Made by a program: the position numbers and the translations under genes. From Phycisphaeraceae bacterium (GTDB lineage Bacteria > Planctomycetota > Phycisphaerae > Phycisphaerales > Phycisphaeraceae), in contig OY771506.1 in the NCBI GenBank assembly GCA_963674705.1, positions 1,696,001 to 1,760,000 of the forward strand: a stretch of 64,000 nucleotides of DNA, read 5' to 3'. Position 1 is the first letter of the stretch. Every line of letters starts with the position of its first letter. Positions 17,850 to 26,112 of the stretch are shown here, in pieces. The notes under the pieces are model-generated. The model ran no database searches. It saw only the letters and a list, made by a program, of their open reading frames with translations, and was not told the DNA's origin.

Positions 17850-18221
17850 ATGCGGGCGTACTTATTCACACTTGTGCTTTTGCTTACGTTGGTTGGTTGC
17901 GGCAAGGCCGAACAGCCGTCGCTGACAGAGCTGCGCAAGAACGCGCCGGTGAAACGCGTGCAGGTCTTTGATGACAGTACGGTGCTTGTTGAGGGGCAGG
18001 CTCTGGATTCGGCATCGCTTGATGATACGTTCTCACAACTGGCTGAAGCCCACGGAGTGGTGTGGTACTACCGGCAGAATCCGGACGCGGCGTTATCACC
18101 CACCGCGCGGGACCTGCTTGGCCTGATGCTGGATCACGAGCTTGCGATCTGCCTGTCGCTGGAGCCGGATTTTCTTGATATGCCTCAGCCTGACACTGAG
18201 CTGACGGATCATGCGGGATGA
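17850..18221 (+). CDS. Hypothetical lipoprotein
   Basis: Lipobox LVGC after a hydrophobic leader. Confidence 0.7.
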   Translation: MRAYLFTLVLLLTLVGCGKAEQPSLTELRKNAPVKRVQVFDDSTVLVEGQALDSASLDDTFSQLAEAHGVVWYYRQNPDAALSPTARDLLGLMLDHELAICLSLEPDFLDMPQPDTELTDHAG

Positions 18222-18254
18222 CAGATCAAGACGTCAGGCGTTAAACTAAATCTC

Positions 18255-19643
18255 ATGGCTGCATCACCTTCGCCACTGCTTTGGACGATCATTCTGCTCA
18301 TCATGCTCGGGCTGACCGCTGCGATCGGCCTGCTGCTGTGCATCTGGTGTTTGCGTGGTAAACGGATCGACGACCATCCGGTGTGTCGCAAGTGTGGCTA
18401 CGACCTGAGCGGCGCGCCCGAGCCGTATAACAAGTGCTCGGAATGCGGGGCGGACTTAACGACCAAACGCGCAATGCGCAAAGGCAATCGTAAGAAACTG
18501 ATGGGTTCAGCCATGGTAACCGGCGTGGTTGCTTTGGTTGCCGCAGTGTTGTTGGGCATGATGATTTTCAATACGTTTGGTGGCACAAGCATTAATGCCT
18601 ACAAGCCGTTCTGGTTGTTGAAGCTGGAAGCGACATCGACCGTATTGGGGCCGAACGATCAGGCGCTGGATGAATTGTTGTTGCGGGCGGAAAGTGGAAG
18701 TCTTTCATCCGGTCAGCTCGATGATCTGATGGATGCCACGCTCAAAATGCAGGCGGATATGTCTATCCCATGGGACCCGACTTGGGGTGATGTGTTTGCG
18801 GAATTGTTTACGCGGGGTGTGGGTACGCCAAAGCAGCGCGAGCAATATGCTGCAGGCATATATGCTTTTGACATTAAAGTAAGGCCGCGTGTAAGGCTGG
18901 GAGATTCGATCCCTGTTAAAAAGTATGACGCATACAATCGGGGCCACGGCGACAAGGCTGAATACCGAAGCTACAAATTACAAAAACCGATTATCGAAAT
19001 AGACGGCTCTGTTACAGGCAGGCCGTACAGAACAACCTCAACTCTGGGCTTCTCTGATAATCCAAACTGGGAAGATGTCGGTGGAACTCAGGTGCGTTTT
19101 AATGATGAAGAATTAAAATCACTCGCGGCCGGTACGCATACGCTGAAACTCATCGAGACAACAGAGATCCGCTTGGATGGGATGACTGTCGCTACCATCG
19201 ACCGCACTTCGACAAAGAACTTTGAGATCGTCTCAGCGGATACAGATGACATCGAGCGGATTCATGACCCCGCCGCCGCCGCTTTGATGGAGAAAGGCGT
19301 AACAGTTGATCGTAACCTGATTGGTTACCATTACAGATTACGTCGTGATCGATTTCTCGTGAATCTCAAGATTGATGGGACGACGGCTCCATTTGCCTAC
19401 GCGATCAATGCAAAGTCTGGTGAGGATCAATGGTGGTTGGGCACTATCGCGTGTAACAGTCCCACGCACAGTGAAAGCTTCGGCTTTGTAAGAGGCTGGC
19501 CCGACAACTTCGTCGCCGAGCGGGTCGACCTGATCTTCCGCCCCGACCCGGATGCGGCGAGAGAGACGATCGATGTATTTCGCATCCTGGACCATGAATT
19601 TGTTATCAAAGATGTCAGGGTCGATGTGGTGCGTCAGCCTTGA
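18255..19643 (+). CDS. Membrane-anchored zinc-ribbon protein, paralog 1
   Basis: TM - CRKCGYDL..CSECG - TM - large soluble domain. Confidence 0.8.
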   Translation: MAASPSPLLWTIILLIMLGLTAAIGLLLCIWCLRGKRIDDHPVCRKCGYDLSGAPEPYNKCSECGADLTTKRAMRKGNRKKLMGSAMVTGVVALVAAVLLGMMIFNTFGGTSINAYKPFWLLKLEATSTVLGPNDQALDELLLRAESGSLSSGQLDDLMDATLKMQADMSIPWDPTWGDVFAELFTRGVGTPKQREQYAAGIYAFDIKVRPRVRLGDSIPVKKYDAYNRGHGDKAEYRSYKLQKPIIEIDGSVTGRPYRTTSTLGFSDNPNWEDVGGTQVRFNDEELKSLAAGTHTLKLIETTEIRLDGMTVATIDRTSTKNFEIVSADTDDIERIHDPAAAALMEKGVTVDRNLIGYHYRLRRDRFLVNLKIDGTTAPFAYAINAKSGEDQWWLGTIACNSPTHSESFGFVRGWPDNFVAERVDLIFRPDPDAARETIDVFRILDHEFVIKDVRVDVVRQP

Positions 19644-19744
19644 GGTTGGGGTATAACATATATTCAACAGGTATTACGACGCATCAGATTGAGTGAGTCA
19701 TACTTCGTTTAAACAATACCGCAATTCAGTGAAGATGTTCCGGC

Positions 19745-21109
19745 ATGATACTCATTTACCCCATTTTGATTGTGGTTGCATTGGTTGGTCTTATCCGCTG
19801 TGTTCAGTATTGGCGGGGTAAGCCGGTGGATAAGCATCCGGTGTGTCGGCAGTGCCGGTATGATCTGATCGGGACGCCCGAGCCGCGCGAGGCATGTCCT
19901 GAATGCGGTGCGGACCTGACGGCCAAGAAAGCGATCGTCATCGGCAACCGCAGGTGCAGAACGGGCCCGGCCATCTTCGCCGGGGCATTGGGGCTCGCAT
20001 CCACCGCCCTTCTCGTTTTCCTGCTGATCAGTTTTCTGCAGCACACGAATCTTAATCCTTACAAGCCGTTCTGGTTACTAAAGCTGGAAGCGACGTCTCC
20101 AACATTTGGACCGAACGACAAGGCATTGGATGAGTTGTTATTGCGAACGCAAACCGGCAGTTTGTCTGCGGGCCAGCTCGATGACCTTTTGGGAACGGTG
20201 CTCAAGGTACAGGCGGATACTTCGATAGCGTGGGACGAGACATGGGGGGATGTGTTCGGGGAGCTGTTTACACAAGGTGTGGGCACGCAGGCGCAGTACG
20301 ATCAGTATGCGCAGCAGATTTACGATTACTCGGTCATCGTTCGGCCGCGCGTAGTGTTGAGTAAACGGGTCGCGGTGGCAACGAGCCGGTCTGCTGACAG
20401 GGGCCAGGGAGATTCCGCCCACTACTACTTTGTAGAGCACGGCGACATCATCGAGATCGACGGCCTTGTTCTGGATCGGACACAGCAAGGCGGATCGGGA
20501 AGTGGCTTTGTCAGTAGCGCAGGGCATTCCGGCGGTGGGACGAGTTTCGGGACAGACAGTGAGCCGTTTGATCAGCTTCAACCCGGGCAATATGACGTGA
20601 CATACACCGAGCCGACCGAGATACGTCTGGGCAGCAGCAGTGGGCCTTTGATCGCCGAGTTTGATCGTGTGCGCCGATGTCCGCTTGAATTGTTGCCTGT
20701 GGATGCGGAAGAAGTAGCGTTGTTTACGGACCCGCAAGCGGCGGCAGCGATGGAAACGGGAATATCGATCAAGGACAATCGCATCAAGATCAGGCCGCAG
20801 AAGAATCGGCCGCAATACATTAATGCACGGTTTGAGGTTGAGCTGGATGGGACGACCGTGCCGTTCGGCTATCAGATGCTGGTTGAGTGTGAGGGTAAAG
20901 AATACAGGCTGGCGGAGGTCGCACGTTCCGGACCGACCACGAACAGCTCGCACGGCTTTGCGACCCGTTGGCCAAGCGAGGTCGATGCGGATCGCGTTGA
21001 TGTGATCTTCCGTCCACATCCTGATGCCGCCAGAGGCACGGTTGATGTCTACCGCATTCTCGATCATGAGTTTGTTATCAGGGATGTCGAGGTCGTGCTG
21101 GAGCCTTAG
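19745..21109 (+). CDS. Membrane-anchored zinc-ribbon protein, paralog 2
   Basis: TM - CRQCRYDL..CPECG - TM; shares YKPFWLLKLEATS and RILDHEFVI with paralog 1. Confidence 0.8.
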   Translation: MILIYPILIVVALVGLIRCVQYWRGKPVDKHPVCRQCRYDLIGTPEPREACPECGADLTAKKAIVIGNRRCRTGPAIFAGALGLASTALLVFLLISFLQHTNLNPYKPFWLLKLEATSPTFGPNDKALDELLLRTQTGSLSAGQLDDLLGTVLKVQADTSIAWDETWGDVFGELFTQGVGTQAQYDQYAQQIYDYSVIVRPRVVLSKRVAVATSRSADRGQGDSAHYYFVEHGDIIEIDGLVLDRTQQGGSGSGFVSSAGHSGGGTSFGTDSEPFDQLQPGQYDVTYTEPTEIRLGSSSGPLIAEFDRVRRCPLELLPVDAEEVALFTDPQAAAAMETGISIKDNRIKIRPQKNRPQYINARFEVELDGTTVPFGYQMLVECEGKEYRLAEVARSGPTTNSSHGFATRWPSEVDADRVDVIFRPHPDAARGTVDVYRILDHEFVIRDVEVVLEP

Positions 21110-21290
21110 TTGGCGCACTTATCAGGGGCGGCTTGTTAATCTGGGGAAACTGGGCAATTCTATCTAAGGCCTTAACCAACATTTCATACAGAAAAGTCTT
21201 GCAACATAAGATCTAAATATGCTTTAATCATGGTTCTTTGGACATCTGAGCTTGTGTTCTGATCTGAGCGGCGGAGTTTGAGGGGTTTGG

Positions 21291-21710
21291 ATGAGTACAT
21301 TGCACGGGGTGGTCGGCCGATGGGGACGGGCCGAGTCGGCTGAGGTTGTCAGGCGTCGGGTGGTGTTTGCGTTTCATGCGGGTTGCGTGGGGCTGTTTAT
21401 TTGTCTGATGGCGACGGTGTTCGGCATCTCTGATGGTGGAGAGTGGTTGGGGTTGCCGCCGGACTATTCGCGGTTGGGCTGGTGTTTGCGGATCGTGGGC
21501 GCGGCGATCGGGATCGTATTGCTTATCTATCTGTATACGATGCATCGCGCATACCTTGGGCGCAAGTTCAGCAGAACTTTCACCGGGCGCATGGTACGGT
21601 TTGGTCTGGCCGTATGCAGCGCAGCGGTCGTGTGGGAATTCGTGCTGCTGGGCAGCGTGCTGTTTGTGGTATTGATCGTTGGCTACTGCGTGTTCAATGA
21701 CGGCGTGTGA
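21291..21710 (+). CDS. Hypothetical membrane protein
   Basis: Three hydrophobic segments, RBS-like gagggg. Confidence 0.55.
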   Translation: MSTLHGVVGRWGRAESAEVVRRRVVFAFHAGCVGLFICLMATVFGISDGGEWLGLPPDYSRLGWCLRIVGAAIGIVLLIYLYTMHRAYLGRKFSRTFTGRMVRFGLAVCSAAVVWEFVLLGSVLFVVLIVGYCVFNDGV

Positions 21711-21725
21711 TGTAGAGCGGCGCGA

Positions 21726-22463
21726 TCAACTCAACATCTTCTTCAGATTTTCCAGGCCGACTTTTGCAGACTCAAGCGGGCTGACTTTCCAGTTGCTGTC
21801 CTGTTCGACGATGTAGTACTTCACACCGGCGGACCTGGCGGCGGCGATCATGGCTTTGAAGTCCAGCACGCCCGTGCCAACCTCGGCGAAACCCTTTTCG
21901 GGTGAGTCGGCCATGTCTTTGATGTGAAGCAGCGGCAGGCGGCCCGTGAGTTTGTTGATCCAGTCGACGGGGTTGTCGCCGGCTTTGGCGGCCCAGTAGA
22001 CGTCCAACTCGCTGTTAAGCGATTTGTATTCAGGGGTATCGAAAAGGATATCGATGCCGCGCCGGCCATCGTCGGCGGGTTGCCATTCGAAGTCGTGGTT
22101 GTGGTAGCAGACGGTCAGGCCTTGCTCGTTGAGTTTCGCGGCGGCTTCGGTGAGACGTTTGGCGATGGCGACGTAGCTCTTGCGTTGTGATTCATCGAGG
22201 TAGGGGCAGACGATGAACTTGTGGCCGAGGATCTGGGCACGCTCGGCGGCGACTTTCGGATCGTCCACGGCTTCATGCGAAGCGATCGCGGTCAGGTTGT
22301 GCTTATCAAGCAATGCCCGGAACTGCTCAGGCGTCTTGTCGTAGAGCCCGGCCAGCTCGACGTACTGATAACCCATCTTGGCGATCTGCGCGAGCGTCGC
22401 GTCCACATCACGGGCCAGGTCATCACGGACGGTATACAGTTGCAGGCCGATAGGCAGGGGCAT
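21726..22463 (-). CDS. Sugar phosphate isomerase/epimerase (TIM barrel)
   Basis: GLQLYTVRD, YHNHDFE, ELDVYW, HIKD, VEQD. Confidence 0.92.
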   Translation of the reverse strand: MPLPIGLQLYTVRDDLARDVDATLAQIAKMGYQYVELAGLYDKTPEQFRALLDKHNLTAIASHEAVDDPKVAAERAQILGHKFIVCPYLDESQRKSYVAIAKRLTEAAAKLNEQGLTVCYHNHDFEWQPADDGRRGIDILFDTPEYKSLNSELDVYWAAKAGDNPVDWINKLTGRLPLLHIKDMADSPEKGFAEVGTGVLDFKAMIAAARSAGVKYYIVEQDSNWKVSPLESAKVGLENLKKMLS

Positions 22464-22851
22464 GGTCGAACTCCAGATCTATTTTGGGGACAAACGGGTG
22501 AGGAATCACCTACGTTAGCATTTCCTGCTGATGCGACAAGGCGGTTTGGGGGTGAAACGCATTTACATTTGGGCGATAGACTGGCCGTGTCCTCCCCCTC
22601 CCTCCTGTCCGATGTTCTATTTGTTTGTAACGGATGATTGGGCATGGTGATAGCTCGGTGTCCGCCTGATGGGGGTAGGACGTCCGCCCCGGCCTGTCGA
22701 CCTGCCTGCGGTGGTTTTTGTGTCCGCCTTGTGTGTCCGGCTGTGGCCATTATGCGCATCTGTGTATTTCAGGCATGGGCAAATAAAACACCCCTATATA
22801 AGGGAGATGCGGCAGATCTATGCGCATGATGACGGGCGGTGGCCTGGTGGG

Positions 22852-23469
22852 TTATGGTGCTTGTTCGCCCAGAGCATCATTGATGAGCACTTCGGCCGCC
22901 TGTTTGGCGACGGCGGCGGCGCAGCCTCGGTTCTCGCTGGGGCAGACCTGGGTCAAAACGATCGCGCCTTCCATGAGGATGCACAACTGTGCGGCGAGGG
23001 CGGCGGGGTCGGGCGCATGGGCCTGGGCGGCCAACTCACAGACGTATTTTTCGACCAGGCGTTTGTGTTCCGCGGCGGCGGCGTGGATGGGGTTGTCGTG
23101 GTCGGCGTACTCGGCGGAGGCGTTGATGAACATGCAGCCGGCGAATTTGCAGTCCGCAAACCACTCGGCCAGGAAGTCGAATAACGCCAGCAACCGGCCA
23201 CGCGGGGTCTTGGCCTTCTTTTCAATGCTCCGCATGAAGCTGTTGCGCCATCGCTCGTCCCGCAGGCGCAGTGCGGCGAGGATCAGTTCGTCTTTCGACT
23301 TAAAGTGCTTGTATAGCGTCATCTTAGCGACGCCCGCGACCTCCAGCACACGATCGATCCCGGTGGCGTGGAAGCCCTCCTGCTCGAAGAGCTTGAGTGC
23401 GTTTTCGACAAGTTGGTCGCGTTTGGTGGACAAGGGGGAGTCGGGTATCGGGTTTCGGGTATCGGGCAT
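22852..23469 (-). CDS. TetR/AcrR transcriptional regulator (start may be TTG at 23433)
   Basis: LFEQEGFHATGIDRV..AGVAKMTLYKHFKSKDEL; GCMFINA. Confidence 0.93.
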   Translation of the reverse strand: MPDTRNPIPDSPLSTKRDQLVENALKLFEQEGFHATGIDRVLEVAGVAKMTLYKHFKSKDELILAALRLRDERWRNSFMRSIEKKAKTPRGRLLALFDFLAEWFADCKFAGCMFINASAEYADHDNPIHAAAAEHKRLVEKYVCELAAQAHAPDPAALAAQLCILMEGAIVLTQVCPSENRGCAAAVAKQAAEVLINDALGEQAP

Positions 23470-23515
23470 CAGATTACGGAGATCGCTGCATAACGCATTA
23501 TATCGGCCAAATGAA

Positions 23516-23607
23516 TAGACAGAATGGTATGTTTAAAAAGATTGATTTGGATCAAATTAAAGTTAATTGGCAAATATTACGAACAATGGAATAGACAGGT
23601 CTGTATA
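23516..23607. promoter_or_regulatory. Two candidate TetR operators
   Basis: TAGACAGAATGGTATG (23516-23531) and near-palindrome TAGACAGGTCTGTATA (23592-23607) in the AT-rich divergent intergenic region. Confidence 0.6.
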
Positions 23608-23738
23608 CTTGTTGTCTGGGGTGTAGTGAACGCTGATGCGTTTGGAAAGACCACACCCCCGGCCCCCGGCCCCCGGCCCCCGGAAACATATATACCGGGG
23701 GACCGGGGGGTGCCCAGACCTGAGAGGAACAGACGAAT

Positions 23739-24290
23739 ATGGCACGCATTGAACCCCTGGAGATCACTGACGCACCTGAGAAGAGTCGGCCGCTGCTTGA
23801 GGCGGTCCAGAAGCAGCTTGGATTTGTCCCGAATATTTACAAGGCCGTCTCCCATGCCCCTTCGGTATTGGATGGTTTACTTGGGCTCGGACAGAAACTT
23901 GGCGGCGGGTCGCTGTCAGCGAAGCTGCGTGAGCAGCTTGCGCTAGCTGTAGCTGGTATCAATACTTGTGATTACTGTGCCTCTGCACATACCGCGATCG
24001 GCACGAAGCTGGGCCTTTCCGAGGACGAAATTTCGAAGAACCTGCGCGGCGATTCGGATGACCCTGCTACGGCGGCGGCGCTTGGCTTCGCACGATCGAT
24101 CAGCGACCGCAGGGGCCATGTCAGCGATGAGCAGGTCCAAGCGATGCGCGATGCGGGATTCAGCGATCAGCAGATTGTGGAGGTCTTCGCCCAGACGCTG
24201 ATGAATATCTTCACGAACTACTTCAACCATCTGGCACAAACTGAAATCGACTTCCCGCTGGTGCAGACGGGGCAGCCGCAGGCTGTGTGA
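23739..24290 (+). CDS. AhpD/carboxymuconolactone decarboxylase family peroxidase-related protein
   Basis: LGFVPNIY, REQLALAV..NTCDYCASAH, TNYFNH. Confidence 0.9.
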   Translation: MARIEPLEITDAPEKSRPLLEAVQKQLGFVPNIYKAVSHAPSVLDGLLGLGQKLGGGSLSAKLREQLALAVAGINTCDYCASAHTAIGTKLGLSEDEISKNLRGDSDDPATAAALGFARSISDRRGHVSDEQVQAMRDAGFSDQQIVEVFAQTLMNIFTNYFNHLAQTEIDFPLVQTGQPQAV

Positions 24291-24314
24291 ACGGAATTTG
24301 GGGAAACAATATCC

Positions 24315-24389
24315 CTCAGCCCCCGGCTCTGCTGGGGGACCTCGAAGTGGAAGGTGCGAATAAATTCCCCAGCAGAGCCGGGGGCTGAG
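24315..24389. repeat. Perfect 23-bp inverted repeat
   Basis: ctcagcccccggctctgctgggg (24315-24337) / ccccagcagagccgggggctgag (24367-24389). Confidence 0.85.
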
Positions 24390-24440
24390 AGTAGAAATCC
24401 GCTGTACGAATCAAATAACTTCATGAAAGGAGCCATCATC

Positions 24441-24785
24441 ATGGCAGGCAAGAACACACTTGAATTGAACGAACAGAACTTCCAGCAGCAGGTGCTGGAT
24501 CACGATGGAACGGTGCTGGTCGACTTTTATGCGGACTGGTGCGCCCCATGCCGGGCGGTTGGGCCGGTAGTCGACGCCTTGGCGGAGGAGTATGCCGGGC
24601 AGGTGCCGGTGGGCAAGGTGAATGTCGACAACAGCCCGCAATTGGCGGCGCAGTACGGCATCCGCTCGATCCCGGCGCTGCTGGTCTTCCAGAACGGCGA
24701 AGTCGTGAACCAGATGGCTGGTTTCCAATCTAAAAAGACGCTCGCTGCCGCGGTTGAGGCCGCACGCAGCCAGCCGACCGCCTGA
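24441..24785 (+). CDS. trxA: Thioredoxin
   Basis: VDFYADWCAPC, YGIRSIP; RBS aaggag. Confidence 0.92.
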   Translation: MAGKNTLELNEQNFQQQVLDHDGTVLVDFYADWCAPCRAVGPVVDALAEEYAGQVPVGKVNVDNSPQLAAQYGIRSIPALLVFQNGEVVNQMAGFQSKKTLAAAVEAARSQPTA

Positions 24786-24804
24786 CCCCTCATTCCTACC
24801 CCAC

Positions 24805-24843
24805 AAGCCCGCGTCGGTTCTGGATTCCGGCGCGGGCTTTTTT
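24805..24843 (+). terminator. Intrinsic terminator
   Basis: aagcccgcgtcgg..ccggcgcgggctttttt. Confidence 0.8.
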
Positions 24844-24870
24844 CATCACTGACATAACGGAGGACACGTC

Positions 24871-25005
24871 ATGCCGGATGAGCAGCAGAAACCGGATGCA
24901 CAGGAGTCAATCCATAACGACACCACCGAGACGTGGGACCATCTTTGCGGGGCTGACCCGAACTGGTCGGCGATCGTGGGTGAAGATGAGGTGGAAGATG
25001 AGTGA
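24871..25005 (+). CDS. Small acidic ORF (44 aa), not in ORF track
   Basis: RBS ggagg then ATG; MPDEQQKP...WDHLCGADPNWSAIVGEDEVEDE; stop overlaps the next start. Confidence 0.5.
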   Translation: MPDEQQKPDAQESIHNDTTETWDHLCGADPNWSAIVGEDEVEDE

Positions 25006-25900
25006 TGTCTTCCACGAGGGTGAGTTGGCTGTGCAGGCCCGGGCGGGCGTGTCAGATCAGGCGCAGCGGGTCGGGCGGATCATTCAGCCGACCTTGCCGG
25101 AGGGTGCGGCTATGTTTTTAGCCAACCTGCCGATGTTGATTCTGGGCGGGGTGGATGGGCGTGGGGATGTGTGGGCATCGGTATTGGCAGGCCAGGCGGG
25201 TTTTATCCGTGCGGCCGGGCCGAGGGAGGTGGTGATTGATGCCCTGCTGAGGTCGGATGATCCGTTGGCGGGATTGGAAGCGGGGGCGGATGCGGGATTT
25301 CTGGCGATCGAACTGTCGACGCGGAGGCGCTTCCGGTTCAATGGGAAGCTCACGCGAGCTGATGGCGAATTGCATGTGCGGGTCGAGCAGGCGTACGGCA
25401 ACTGTCCGAAGTACATCCAGGTGCGAGAGTTGATTGGCGTGCAGAAGCCTTCGCCGGCACGGTTAACTGTTGTGGACACGCGGTTAAGCAGGTTGGATAT
25501 CGAGCTGATCCGCCGCAGTGATACGTTTTTTATTGCAAGCACGGCGAAGGGTTATGGTGCTGATGTGTCACACCGCGGGGGATTGCCGGGATTTGTGCGC
25601 GCATCGGCGGACGGCACGCTTGTATTTAAGGATTACCCGGGCAACAACATGTTCCAGACGCTTGGGAACCTGACGATCGATCCGCGTGCGGGCTTGCTGT
25701 TCATCGATTTTGAAAGCGGCACGATGCTGCAGTTAACGGGGAAGGCTGAGGTGCGTTGGCCGGGCGGTCAAACGCATGACCGGGCGGACACGGGGCGGGA
25801 GGTGGTGCTCCGGCCGAAGCGGGTGATCCGTTCGCCAAGGGCGCTGGGTTTGCGTTGGGTGCTGCGTGAGAATTCGCCATTCAATCCGGAAGAAAAATAA
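24998..25900 (+). CDS. Pyridoxamine 5'-phosphate oxidase-like FMN-binding protein (tandem domains)
   Basis: FHEGELAVQ, YGNCPKYIQ, DTFFIAS, DVSHRGG.PGF, DYPGNNMFQTLGN. Confidence 0.9.
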   Translation: MSDVFHEGELAVQARAGVSDQAQRVGRIIQPTLPEGAAMFLANLPMLILGGVDGRGDVWASVLAGQAGFIRAAGPREVVIDALLRSDDPLAGLEAGADAGFLAIELSTRRRFRFNGKLTRADGELHVRVEQAYGNCPKYIQVRELIGVQKPSPARLTVVDTRLSRLDIELIRRSDTFFIASTAKGYGADVSHRGGLPGFVRASADGTLVFKDYPGNNMFQTLGNLTIDPRAGLLFIDFESGTMLQLTGKAEVRWPGGQTHDRADTGREVVLRPKRVIRSPRALGLRWVLRENSPFNPEEK

Positions 25901-26112
25901 ACTCAAAAATCGACGATGTGGTGGCCATCGACCCAATCCAAGATCAAACGGAGAGTTATCACGATTGATCGGTAAAACCGGCTCATTTTGGCTATCGACA
26001 GCGTGGGCATGACGCGTTACTTTGGGTGAACGAGCGTATGGCTGAGTTGTCTTGCCATACCTAGGATACTCATGAACCGCTGAACCGACCCAGAGTGAGG
26101 GACCGGCCAGGG

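Noticed and set aside
18255..21109. Diversity-generating retroelement target/template pair
   Set aside because: No reverse transcriptase; both copies are full ORFs and the differences are not adenine-specific by eye
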